NCBI RefSeq assembly: GCF_011386835.1
Contig: NC_088809.1
Location: forward strand, 6,696,001 to 6,760,000
Source of the DNA: Chrysemys picta bellii
Lineage: Eukaryota
Length of the DNA stretch: 64,000 bases
Direction of reading: 5' to 3'
The notes under the pieces are model-generated. The model was not told where the DNA came from and did no database searches. It saw nothing but the letters and a program-made list of their open reading frames with translations. Position numbers and translations under genes: made by a program. This document shows, piece by piece, positions 43,001 through 52,565 of this stretch. Numbering within the stretch: the stretch's first letter is position 1; each line of letters opens with the position of its first letter.

Positions 43001-45861
43001 TATGAACGGTCACAGACCAACTCAGATAAGGCTTTGCAAGTGTGCTAGCAGCCACTTGCTGCATGCTTACAAGGAAGAAAGAAAAGGAAACACCAAAGAA
43101 CGTATCCTGCTTAAGGATATAAACTTAAGATCAAAAGTTTGCCTGTGTTGTAATGGCCAAGGTAACTACTGGGAGAAGATCGTGTTTTTGATAACTTGTT
43201 AGTGATATTTAATCGTGTGTTGGATGGGAGGATAGGCAGGGAGGGCTATCCGTGATTTCTTTCCTCCCTGGCTCTCCATCGCTACCCTATCTGTGTGTTC
43301 TTTTCATGTACCTCTCACTCTTCTTAGTTTTAGATTAAAACTTAAGGTGACAGCATCATGGTTCTGCCATCTCTGGGTCTGAAATATTAATATGTGTCTG
43401 TAAAGAGTTCTTGCCATGGTACGTGGAAAGGAAAAAGTTAAAGAATTCTTCTGCCTTCATTTGTTCTGTTCTGTTTTATTTTTTTTTGTCCTTGCAGCTC
43501 TGCATTGCATTGCTATAAACAGCGCATACTTTGCCTTTGCATGACCCCAGAGACATAAGGCTAGAAGTTCATGCAGACCCCATCAGAGCCAGTGTAGGTT
43601 ACAAAGTTTTACCTCCATGAGAATCAAAAACACATAAGATATAAGTATAAAAAATGAGAGAAACAAGGTCTGCCATATGTATATCCTTTGAAATTCCAGA
43701 AACTAATAGTGTGGGGTGGTAAATCTGTAAATGGTTGATTCCTGTTCAGTGCTCAAGGGGAATGTGAAGATACTCCAAGGACCCTGCTAATATGCCGTGG
43801 GCAGAAATTATTTCCCTATCCCCACTTTGGCAGTTGTTGTATCCCTGTTACATAACATCTGGACCATAATGGTGATGGTACTACAGATGGTTTTAAACAA
43901 TCCTCTCTCAAAAGGTTTTGAATGTCTCTGTTGGAGCTGCCCAGATCTCACACAGATCTGTGCTGATCCCCAGGAGGCACTGAGATGGGATGCTTTGGGG
44001 GCACATTATGCTGCTGTTGATGATGGAATAATGATAGATATGTAGGAGCCGAAAAACATCATTAAATTATTTCTGAATGTTTCATGAGATGCTACCATAT
44101 TGAGAGACAACATGGGCCGGGGTAGGATGTTTGCTGTAGAGTTAGGACTGCTGGGTTTTATTCTTAGATCTGCTCCTGGCTTCTGGTTGACCTAGGGAAA
44201 GTTGCTTCAGCTCCGTGCCTCAGTTTCCCCATTGATAAAATGGGGATAATACTTAATGTACCTACTTTGTAAAGCACTTTAAGATATATACATGAAAAGA
44301 GCTTGGTGTTTGGTGTTATTATTATTATTATTCTATTACCAAAGGTCAAGGCTTCCTACAACTTGGGGTCCCCAAGCTGTGGCCCCATCAAACCTGCTAT
44401 TAGTCCAGCTCTGATCACTCATGTTTAGGGAGACCCCCTAAAAGTATCAACAGAAGTGCTGATTAGTAACTTAAGCTCTGTCTTGTGAATGCAGCAAACT
44501 ATTATAGATTGTCTCTCTTATTTAAAAGCACAAACCTCTTCTATAAAAACAGTCCACCAAGAGCGCAGTCAGAGAGATGTGTGTTAGTAGCTGTGGACTT
44601 TGAACCAAGTGGGAGATCTATTAGTTGCTGAATACTTTGAAAAGCAGAGGTTTGTTGTGTGTGTGCATCTGTACTAGATGTGGATGGGGAGGTTGATAGG
44701 AAGGAGGTTATTGGAAGCCTTAAGTGACAGAAGATCCACATCGGTCAGATTAAGCAGCTGCAACTGTACTGCAATGTCATTCTCAAAGGATGGATGTGGA
44801 AAAGGTAAATTACTGGACTGTTGATTTGGAGAATTAAAAAAACCCCTCATTGGGGTTAAAACCCCTCCATTTCAGTCACGTTCTATTCAGGTTTTAACAC
44901 TGTCTTCGTCACATTCAACATTTGCTGCTTTCAACTACTCTGGCCAGTGGCTCTCGGGCTGGGTTATCTTGTTGAAATCTGTATCCCTTTAACAAACTCT
45001 GTCACAGTGCAGCAGTATGTTAGATGCATCCGATAATATTGAATCTTTTTTCTTAATGATGCAGCCTACTCCTTTTTAGGATAAAAACGCTGAGCCTTCC
45101 TCACTACCTAAGGACTGTTGTGTTTATTTTTAACTTTGATATTTACATGGGAAAGGATATTATTGAGTAGTACTGCATTCCTCATCCAATATAAGCATAC
45201 AAAAGCCATCTGAATTTTTTGAAGTGCTGATTATAGATCATTATCTGGTATTAACACAGTCATCATCAGTGGAAAGTAAAATTTAATTAAATACATAAAA
45301 AAAGAACTATAAATGTCGGTTAATTCTTAAACAAATATATTGCTCTATCAGGCTAAAATAGCATAAGACAAAGAGATCCTGAATTCTTTCATTTCTTACA
45401 TTATAAAGAGACCATAGCATTATTAGAAGAAAAATAGAATAATTAGGTTACTTATAGTTGTATACCATTTAAATCAGCATAGTAGACAGGCAAAGAAAAT
45501 ACATTTTTACTGAATCTTTATTTCTAATTACATATAGAGGTAAAGTAAAACCTCTTGGATTTTCTTGGGGTGAAAAAATACTATAACCATAAAGGTAAAA
45601 TAAAACAAAACAGTCAGAATAAATCCACTTGTGATACCAAGCCATAAATGACCTGAGAGAGAAACAAACAAATACATACCTCGGATTTATCATATAGAAG
45701 CATTAAAGAGTTAGAACAGAATACAGTGCTATTCAAAATTCAAATAATCAAATATGAGTAACCGTGATACCCCGGGGTGGGCAGAACAGCATGGTCTTCT
45801 TACCTTCTGTTGCTGTCTTGGCAATGTGCAGAGAGAGCAGAACAAGGAAAAGCAATTCCAT
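18881..45861 (-). CDS. CA4: GPI-anchored carbonic anhydrase 4-type enzyme, 8 coding exons, 315 aa (span includes introns)
   Basis: Eight exons with GT-AG boundaries join in frame (58+54+171+152+93+64+164+192=948 nt): [315 protein letters not shown]. Motifs: QSPINI, NNGH, FHFHW, GSEH, ELHIVH, GSLTTP, NFRP; signal peptide; hydrophobic GPI tail. Intron phases 1,1,1,0,0,1,0 as in mammalian CA4. True orthologue versus CA4/CA15-family paralogue needs a phylogeny. Confidence 0.93.
19377..19565 (+). mobile_element. tRNA-derived tortoise PolIII/SINE with CR1-like tail
   Basis: A box TAGCTCAGTGG (19387), B box GAGTTCAATCC (19430), tail gggctggactcgatgacctttcaaggtcccttccagttcta shared with CR1 3' ends. 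Confidence 0.88.
20417..20577. mobile_element. Miniature hairpin Penelope-like insertion in CA intron 7
   Basis: Minus-strand PLE terminus followed by a short inverted copy (gccacaagtactcctgttct); 12-bp TSD TCTGAGATCCTT (20405-20416, 20578-20589). Confidence 0.8.
20885..21006. mobile_element. hAT MITE (TAGGGTGACCAGA family)
   Basis: Reverse-orientation relative of 7875-7999; perfect TSD TCACTGCT. Confidence 0.92.
21043..21206 (-). CDS. CA4: CA4-type gene exon 7 (..[22 protein letters not shown]..)
   Basis: 164 nt; acceptor ttgttttcctag, donor CAG|gtaatt; YxGSLTTP motif. Confidence 0.96.
21399..21664. mobile_element. GC-rich hAT MITE (CAGGGCCGGCT-like family)
   Basis: TIRs caggggcaactc / gagctgcccctg; TSD CTTGTGTG/CTTGTGTC. 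Confidence 0.85.
21732..21974. mobile_element. PIF/Harbinger-type MITE
   Basis: gggcaagtctac / gtgtagagcggacc termini; TGA/TTA flanks. Confidence 0.7.
22121..22184 (-). CDS. CA4: CA4-type gene exon 6 ([21 protein letters not shown])
   Basis: 64 nt; acceptor attgtttcag, donor AAAG|gtaagg; phases fit both neighbours. Confidence 0.92.
22769..22861 (-). CDS. CA4: CA4-type gene exon 5 (LHIVHRKEG...LAVLGFFIK)
   Basis: 93 nt; acceptor tgtattacag, donor AAG|gtaagt; third zinc-ligand His. Confidence 0.95.
23622..23773 (-). CDS. CA4: CA4-type gene exon 4 (VKVSL...EFHFHWG...[14 protein letters not shown])
   Basis: 152 nt; acceptor ttgtttctaccag, donor GAG|gtaggt; two zinc-ligand His. Lies inside track ORF 23565..23801. 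Confidence 0.96.
24808..24938. mobile_element. hAT MITE
   Basis: ctgtggttttcaacc / ggttaaaaccaatg; perfect TSD CTATAGAG. Confidence 0.85.
25316..25612. mobile_element. hAT MITE
   Basis: caggcctgcacaac / gttgtgcagacctg; TSD GTTTAGGC/GTTTAGAC. Confidence 0.85.
27130..27628 (+). mobile_element. piggyBac right-end remnant with Cys-rich C-terminal domain
   Basis: 27163-27291 encodes RCYIWSRERDRKIRQKCVKCKNVVCSEPVTYFCSICSKYLTI*; terminus AGGG|TTAA at 27621-27628. Confidence 0.7.
27913..28083 (-). CDS. CA4: CA4-type gene exon 3 (EPGVW...QSPINIVT...NNGHT)
   Basis: 171 nt; acceptor ccttttaaacag, donor ACGG|gtaagt; QSPINI and NNGH motifs. Confidence 0.95.
28752..28864 (-). mobile_element. Penelope-like terminus in CA intron 2
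   Basis: Reverse complement of the 11.1-kb family end; 10-bp TSD TTATATTGGC (28742-28751, 28865-28874). Confidence 0.8.
28805..28845 (-). ncRNA. Minimal hammerhead-like motif with canonical CUGAAGA core
   Basis: Minus strand: GCAC-CTGAAGA-A-GTGGG-tttttta-CCCAC-GAAA-GC-TT-ATGC. Confidence 0.55.
29202..29255 (-). CDS. CA4: CA4-type gene exon 2 ([18 protein letters not shown])
   Basis: 54 nt; acceptor tttctctgttgcag, donor GCAG|gtaatt; WCY motif plus second Cys. Confidence 0.93.
29775..30180 (-). mobile_element. CR1 LINE 3' fragment
   Basis: Track ORF 29845..30147 contains VRLWNALPHEVTEAKNLARFKKGLD, the CR1 ORF2 C-terminus. Confidence 0.75.
30440..30900 (+). mobile_element. Harbinger Myb/SANT accessory-gene remnant
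   Basis: TPVDRLSQIRRRKKRSWDD..FSEILQAS..ERTDRRKAQE..MELLHQQMRMLQTLV with stop and frameshift; resembles, from memory, the basic/coiled-coil region of turtle Harbinger ORF2. Confidence 0.6.
31670..31830 (-). mobile_element. Penelope-like pseudo-LTR fragment (relative of 6430-6570)
   Basis: ggccaacttctgttggtgag...aagctt...ttcaggtctggg is the reverse complement of the 6.4-6.5 kb sequence. Confidence 0.6.
32613..32780. mobile_element. GC-rich hAT MITE
   Basis: caggagcgcc / gccggccctg; TSD CCGGTTCA/CCGGTTAA. Confidence 0.75.
35384..36215. mobile_element. Truncated hAT-type element with C/T-rich low-complexity body
   Basis: Starts tagggtgaccaggtgtc; GC-rich, then pyrimidine-rich repeats; no matching right TIR found. 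Confidence 0.5.
38133..39019. mobile_element. Probable solo LTR in CA intron 1
   Basis: TGTGAT...ATCACA inverted termini (TG...CA), about 890 bp, non-coding; TSD not clean. Confidence 0.45.
41549..41763. repeat. Palindromic MITE-like element
   Basis: Arms ttctggaatcagagtgccttattcctgtttagctt / aagataaacaggaacaaggcactctgattccagaa around an AT-rich centre; gtgtagataaccc end is Harbinger-like. Confidence 0.65.
45804..45861 (-). CDS. CA4: CA4-type gene coding exon 1 (signal peptide [19 protein letters not shown])
   Basis: 58 coding nt, hydrophobic signal core, strong donor GAAG|GTAAGA, phase 1 matches exon 2, TATA box about 85 nt upstream. Confidence 0.85.
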
Positions 45862-45939
45862 TATCTATCTCCTATTTTAGATAAGATCAGTGAGGAGGCT
45901 AGAATCAATTAGTATGTGATCATATTTCTGCTCTGGGAG

Positions 45940-45947
45940 TTTTTATA
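45940..45947 (-). promoter_or_regulatory. TATA box of the CA4-type gene
   Basis: TATAAAAA on the minus strand, 79-86 nt upstream of the exon 1 ATG; four WGATAR motifs within 45861-45979. Confidence 0.6.
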
Positions 45948-47674
45948 CAGGAGTAAGGAGTCATGGTCAGTCCTGATAGCCGTAGTCAGGAAGGTGAACT
46001 CCACCCCTTTTTAATTTCTCCAGGTATACACGACTCCTGATTTGCTTTAATTTATTTAATTTCTCCCAAACTGGAATTGTAGAAGGGCTGAGATTTTCCA
46101 GCACTAAATAAGTGTCTGGGGCTAAATGACAGATATTTTACTGATTGGGCAGATATCTTGTAGCCTATTAGTTTAGTGTTTCATTTCTATCCACTGAAAA
46201 ATAGCAGCTTCTCTGATAGTGCACATGATCTTCAGATTAAGTGAAAGTATGTCCATTATGGTCAATGCTTTGTAAAAATAAGAAGCTACTCAGACTTGGA
46301 GCAGGGTTAAGAGACTGAAAAAACAGGCTCTTTTTGTGCAATTACAGTCAATGTTTTATGCAGTGCCACGTGGCTTTCATGCATTTTGCCGGGCACTTTA
46401 TGTGTGTCTAGCTTTCACTTGGTACAGTTAAATGAGAGCGAAACTTTTTCAGTCAATGTTCCTTTTTTTAACTATCAGAAAGTGACGCAATGCTTCTGAT
46501 TGCTGTGCTGTGCCACGCTATGCAGGCTCTTATACTGCCGTATCACCGTAGTGTTGGAGTGCCCTGATTCAAGGTGCCTGATTCACAGACAGGCTTTATG
46601 CTCAGCCAGTAGAGGTGTGATGAACAAGTCTACTAGCAAATGGCATTTCCCTTCGTATATTGTATTGTATGCATCTGAGTTAGGGCCAGATTATGACCCA
46701 GCCATGCATGAAAATAAAGGGTAAAGGAGAGCTGGTTTAGAGGGAAAAGTAAGGGTTACCGAGTAAAGATCTGCAATACATTTCTCCCCATGCACCTCCC
46801 GGTGCAATTACTTGCCCGAGCATCACCCTGTATGAATGGAGCCTTTACACTGGAAACCCCTGGTGCGGGAGCAGTACATAGTAAACAATAATAACGGGCC
46901 AGATCCTGCAGTCTCTTCTTAGTCTGTACTTGGGCAGATCTCCCTTTGCTTTCAGTTGGTGTCTTTCCTGAATAAGGTTTGGGGCCAATAATAACAATTT
47001 AATATCTCCCAGCTGATCTGTGATGCACGGGCCTTTGTTTCCCTCCCCCACCCCCCGAGAGATGACGACTATAAATAAAGTTGTAACAATGAAGGGTTGC
47101 TGAGTGCTATTTTTCCATCCCGGATTAGGTAGATTTTAGAAACATGAACGGACAATAATGAACCCAGCACCTGGTGCTGAGCTGAATTGTTACTGCAGTG
47201 ACCATAACAAAAAGGGGTGTGTGTGTGTGTGGGGGGGGGGGGGGTTGTTGGAGTTTAGAACTTCCTAATTTGGCAGCCTATGTGGAGTTTTCCGAGTGCG
47301 CAGTCTGCTAAGCACGTAGTCAGAGATGGGGGCGTCGGAGGGAGGGAATGGGTCGGTGTCAAGCGGAGGTCTCGAAGGATGTGTACAAAAGTTTGTTCAA
47401 GCTCTTTTCAGTTGTGCTAGGTGCAGGAATAAGATCTTTGGTGGGGAGAGAGTGGTGGCTCTTCCAGAACAATTTTCTCACAATGTTCTGGCTGCACTCC
47501 CTGAAAGTGAAGAGCTAACTTCCACACTTCACATGCCCCCCTGGTCGTCCTTATTTAGGACCAAAGAATCAGAAATTGAGAAACTTGGGCCTTTAAATCG
47601 GACTCTTATCTTTTTTTCTCCTGTGTACCCATGTTCATCCTCTCATTATTTAATTTACATCACAGTAGTGCTTA

Positions 47675-47924
47675 GGGTATGTCTACTCTAGGCAGGGAGC
47701 GAGCTTCCCAACACAGGTAGTCGGACTCACACTAGATTAGCTCGAGCTAGCGTTGCTAACAATAGCAGTGTGGACATCATGGCTCCGGCGGGGAGACAAG
47801 CTAGCCACCAGGTTCAGACCCAGGAGGTCGGGTGGGCTTTTAGCGTGCTAGCTCCAGCTGAGCTAGCATGAGTCTGTCTACCTGAGCTGGGACACTTGCT
47901 CCTAGTTTCAGTGTAGACGTACCC
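47675..47924. mobile_element. PIF/Harbinger-type MITE
   Basis: TIRs gggtatgtctac / gtagacgtaccc; TTA TSD on both sides. Confidence 0.85.
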
Positions 47925-48970
47925 TTAGAGGCCCCATTTTGTGCTAGGTGCTGTACATACATATAGTCCCTGCCCCATAGAGCTTACAGTCTAAATAGAG
48001 AAGATAGGCAGAGGGCAGGAGAATTGAAACATTGTGATGGGGGAATTTAGGCATAGAGAGAGTCAGTGTCTTACCCAGTGTCACACAAGAAGTCTGTGGT
48101 TGAACTGGAAAATGAATCCAGGTCTCCTGATCTTTAACCCCAAGGCCATTCATCCCCTTCCATAGCTGTTCCTCTGCAGAATCTTTTGCAGTGGTTTCCA
48201 TGGCCATGGGTGGGCTAAGAACTGCGGGATCCACCCACACTCTGTGGTTTCTCTGCAGAGATTCTCCTTACCCCAAACCCTGGCCTCAGAAGACATTTTA
48301 AGTTCTCCCAGTCCAGACTAGCCCTTCCACACTCTTGTGAACCCCCTACAGGACAGGATAAACCCTGTAGTGCCCGGTAACCTGAGCAGCAAGCATCCTA
48401 AAATGTGTGCCATCATGCTTGGGGCTCAGCAGCAAAGCCTTCTGGGGAATCTCCTGCTGGGGCCTGGATCCTGGTCTGCCAGAGATCTGACCTTCGCCAG
48501 CCACTCCCCACAACGCTTCAAAGGATGTGCTGCAAGAACTGGTGGGATGCTTTTTGTAACGTTGGCATATGACTAAGCCAGTCTGTTTCGGCAGAAGCTT
48601 GGAGACAGGAAGTAAGAGCAGTTTACATCCTCTGCAGATGAATGGCTGGAGGCCCCTTGGATATCTGAGGAAAGCAGCCAAGGGAGATTAAAGCAGGATC
48701 CTTTGTATCGGAGTCCCACGGCTGGGGGGGACCAGATGGAATAGAGGCCGAGTAGCAGGCAGCAGGTACTGTGCTAAGCGTATTGCCTCCAGTCGGCTAC
48801 CTGCTTTGGTCAGCACCTGTCTCACTTCGGCTGGAGATCAGAGAGCAGGAGAGTGACATGAGTTCATGGGGGGGGGGGAGTATTTAGAGGGACTAAGAAT
48901 GTTGGAGGATTAACCCTAGATCAACCAATGACTCTGCAGTTGGGAAACCCGCCCTTAAGAGAGAGAGAAC

Positions 48971-50111
48971 TAGGGTGACCAGACGTCCCGATTTTATCGG
49001 GACAGTCCCGATATTTCCTTCTTTGTCCCGCGTCCCGACCGATGTTCGGTCGGGACGCGGGACAAAGAAGGAAATTTACCCTCTGCTCCGGCGCTCACGC
49101 CCCCCCAACCCCGACTCCGCCCCCTCCTTCCCCCATTGGATCTCTCAATGGAGGGAGGAGGTTAGGAGGAGGGTCGGGCAACTACCAGGAGCCTGGGAGG
49201 GGAAGGGAAAGTTGCCGCGGCCCCGCCGGGAAGGAGCCGCTGGAGCGCAGCCGAGTGGGAGAGGCGCGGGGCTCCCATGCCGGCGGCGGGACGCGCCGCA
49301 TGTGCCCACGGCGGGCTGGGGAGCGGGAGGCTCTGCAGGGCTGGGAAAAGCCCTGGCTCCTGCCCGTTGCCCAGCCTGGAGCCCCGGGGAGCCCCTCAGG
49401 AGACCGGCCGCTGCTGTGGAGGCAGCAGCCGGGGCTGGCTCTGGCCCGGGTGGGCAGCGTGGGCCGCCGGAGACACGCGGCGAAGAGAGGCTGCGGGGGC
49501 GAGACTTGTCCCAGGCAGGGAGGCCGGCGGACAGGGGTGAGGGGCCAGCCGGGGTCCCCATAAACTTCCCCGCCGCTGCCAGGGAGCCCCGCGCCTCTCT
49601 TGCTTGGCTGCGCTCCAGCGGCTCGCCCCGCCTGGAAGGAGCCGCTGGAGCGCAGCCGAGCGGGAGAGGCGTGGGGCTCCCTGCCGGCGGCGGGACGCGC
49701 TGCATGTGCCCATGGCAGGCTGGGGGGCAGGAGGCTCTGCAGGGCTGGGAAAAGCCCTGGCTCCTGCCCGTTGCCCAGCCTGGAGCCCCACAGGTGACCG
49801 GCCGCTGCTGTGGCTCGGCTGTGCCAGCCCTGGCCCCTTGCACGCCCGCGCCGTGGCCAGCCCCGGACTTTGTTTCTTGTCCCCCCCCCGCCCTCTTTAT
49901 CCCTAGCCCCTTCTGCATCGGGGCCAGCTTTTGCCCTGGGGTGGGCAGCACGTGCGCCCGGCGCGGCTGGGGCCTGCTAATGCCCCCCCCGCCCCTGCGA
50001 AACTGCTTTTTTTTTTTTTTTTTTTGGCTCCGCCGCCATTTTTTTTTTGCTCCGCCCCCTCCCCCCCCCCCCCGCGTCCCGATATTTCATCCCTGTGGTC
50101 TGGTCACCCTA
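48971..50111. mobile_element. Large CpG-rich hAT non-autonomous element with internal duplication
   Basis: TIRs tagggtgaccaga / tctggtcacccta; perfect TSD GAGAGAAC (48963-48970, 50112-50119); about 155-bp direct repeat at about 49230-49385 and 49635-49788. Confidence 0.92.
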
Positions 50112-50469
50112 GAGAGAACATGTTGCTTTGCTCCTGATTACACTGTGTTAAGGCTTTCTGCCTACTGGCTGGGAAAGCTGGAATATCCCTCCCAATAGGT
50201 GCAGGAAAACCTGGAGAGATCCAAGCTCCCAAGGTATCTTGTCTCTCCATTGAGTTAGCTCTTATCCTTCCCAGCAAGTCTGCTCTGCCGTGCTGCTACA
50301 ACCCCAGTACTTGTTCTGGAGTGAGGAAGGCTGGCAAACAGTTCCATCCAGACAGTGCCAAACACATTAATGCTGGTAGAGTGTCCCCTTGCTGGTTTGG
50401 AACAGGTCCTTTCCAAATTTGTTCATGAACTTGGGGTGCGGGGGTTGTTTGTTTGTCTGATCATTTATT

Positions 50470-50800
50470 TTTTAAGGGAAGTGAATTTTTAGTGCTGGTG
50501 GAATGTGCCAAATTGACTTCCCTAGAGACTGAAGTCCTCTGTCTACAGAAACTGGTATAGCATAGGTGGTGGCAGTAAGAGACCACACAGCCCCATGGCT
50601 GCACCTTAACCCTGTCCTCGCAATCTTAGATGGCCAACAGATGTGCCAGTTTTGGAGCTGGCTTTTGCAGTATGGACATACCTTCTCCAAGAACAGAACT
50701 AAGACCCATTAACCAGAGAACCAGTTAGATTCACTACTAGCCTCTGCCAGATTTGAACGGGTGATGAACATTAGCAGCCCTTTTCACTGTGGGGTGGGGA
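50470..50800 (-). mobile_element. LF-SINE (ancient tRNA-derived SINE)
   Basis: Minus strand reads gttcaaatc..(B box)..ggtcttagttctgttc..gtccatactgcaaaa..ttggcacatctgttggc..ccatggggctg..actgccaccacctatgctatacc..agaggacttcagtctctaggg..gtcaatttggcacattccaccagcactaaaaattcactt, following the LF-SINE consensus as I recall it from head to tail. Confidence 0.7.
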
Positions 50801-52151
50801 AGCTTATTCCAGTAACAGATCATTTTAAGTGGGGCAACCAGAGAGATTTGCGGGGGTTGGCTTCTTAAGCCTTTTGGCTTAGTTCTTATGTGTTACCTGC
50901 TTAATATTTGTTCTGTGTTATACCTGAGAACTATATGTTGCATTATGTGCTCCAATAGGTCTTTACCATCAACTACTCCAATTCTATACCAACCTCCTTG
51001 CAGTCTTTCTGGTCTAGGACAGGAATGTGTGTGTATGAGTGAGTGATGTTTCCTTCTCAGAGATAATAAGGCAGCTGTAACAGAAAACTTCTTCTTTAGC
51101 TCAAGTGCTAGTGGCCTGTGTTTTTGAAACTAAAGGACAAGGCTTCTACTTCTAGCTCCTCAGGTATGTGCAGGTGGTTTATCTAGGCATTGTGTTGGCC
51201 TTTTACAGTACATAGATTTGTTACACTGCTTCTATTTTAAGACCAGTCCCTTGTGCCAAACATACCTCTAGTCTGAACGTGGGTATTTTGGTTCAGACAT
51301 AAGTCACAAAAAAGCAGTGATGTTGAGACAGATGGGTTTATGACTGCAAATACAGGAAGCATTCAGTCTTCTTTAGAGTTAAATTATAGGTAGGGGACTT
51401 TGTTGCATGACACCAAGTTCCCTTTTTCAGTGCTGTATATATCAATGTCTTTCTCTTTTTAGACAACCTCATAAATTCTACGCAGGTTAAAAATTACAGC
51501 CCTGCATCTGAGTGAATTGTACAGGCTGTACCATACCTAAATACCTGTAAAAATGTGAGCTTTAGTCTCTCTCAGACTCAGTTCCCTATCTCAAAAATGG
51601 GAATAATAGTACTTCCTTCCCTTACAGGGGTGCTGTGAGGATATGTGAAAGATACATGCAAGGTTTTGAGATGCTCTGATATAGCAGTAATGGGAGTCAT
51701 ATACGTACCTAAATTAGATAGATATATTGTAAATTTTCCTTCTTTTGATCTCTAAATCGATTTTTAGAAAATTCTTGATGAATTATAAGTGTGATTCTTG
51801 TCAGTTATAATAATTACTACCATTTATTGAGAGCTGATGAGTGACAGCGTGCTGTACAGAACATGGTGCAGGTAGTATAATCATTGCAAACTGTAATATT
51901 CCAGAAATTTTTTTTTTTTCCCTTTTAAGGCTGTCCATGTCCACGAGATCGAAAGGTAAAAGGATTCACAGGACCTGCCAAGGCCATTTTAGTGGATGTG
52001 TAGAGCTGGGAGAAGATTTTCAGTAAGAGTCTTTGGTCTTAATCCACTTGGTTAATTAGGTATAGTTAATCAGGAATAATTCCATGTATAGACAAGCCCT
52101 TAGGTTCATGTGTGCCTACATCACTTTTAAAAATGGAACTTGCACTTCTAA

Positions 52152-52565
52152 CAGGGCCGGCTCTGGCTTTTTTGCCACCCCAGGCAAAAAAGCCTCCCGC
52201 CACCCCCCGCTCCCCGGTGGGGAGCGTGGCAGGGGAGGGCGGCGAGCCCGGCCGCGGCCCCGCTCTCCCCGGCCGGAGCACCGCAGGGAGGGCGGCGAGC
52301 CCGGCCGGGGCCCTGCTCTCCCCGACCGGCCGGAGCGCCATGAGGAGGGCGGAGAGCCCGGTTGCGGGCCCGCTGTCCCCGACCGGCCGGAGCATCGGGG
52401 GGAGGGTGGTGAGCCTGCTGTGGCTCCGCTCTCCCCGGCCGGCCGGAGCGCTGGGGGAGGGCGGTGAGCCCGGCCGCGGCCCCGCTCTCCCCGGGTGAGC
52501 GCTGCCCCCCTCCAGGTGCCGCCCCAAACATATGCTTGGAGGGCTGGTGCCTGGAGCCGGCCCTG
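52152..52565. mobile_element. GC-rich hAT MITE with internal tandem repeats (about 50 bp)
   Basis: TIRs cagggccggctc / gagccggccctg; TSD ACTTCTAA/ACTCCTAA; repeated ccgctctcccc..ggccggagc..gggagggcgg unit. Confidence 0.88.

Noticed and set aside
48975-50198. 407-aa ORF and overlapping long ORFs
   Set aside because: Confined to a GC-rich hAT element with TIRs and TSD; open in several frames; low-complexity translation including poly-F and poly-P from homopolymers.
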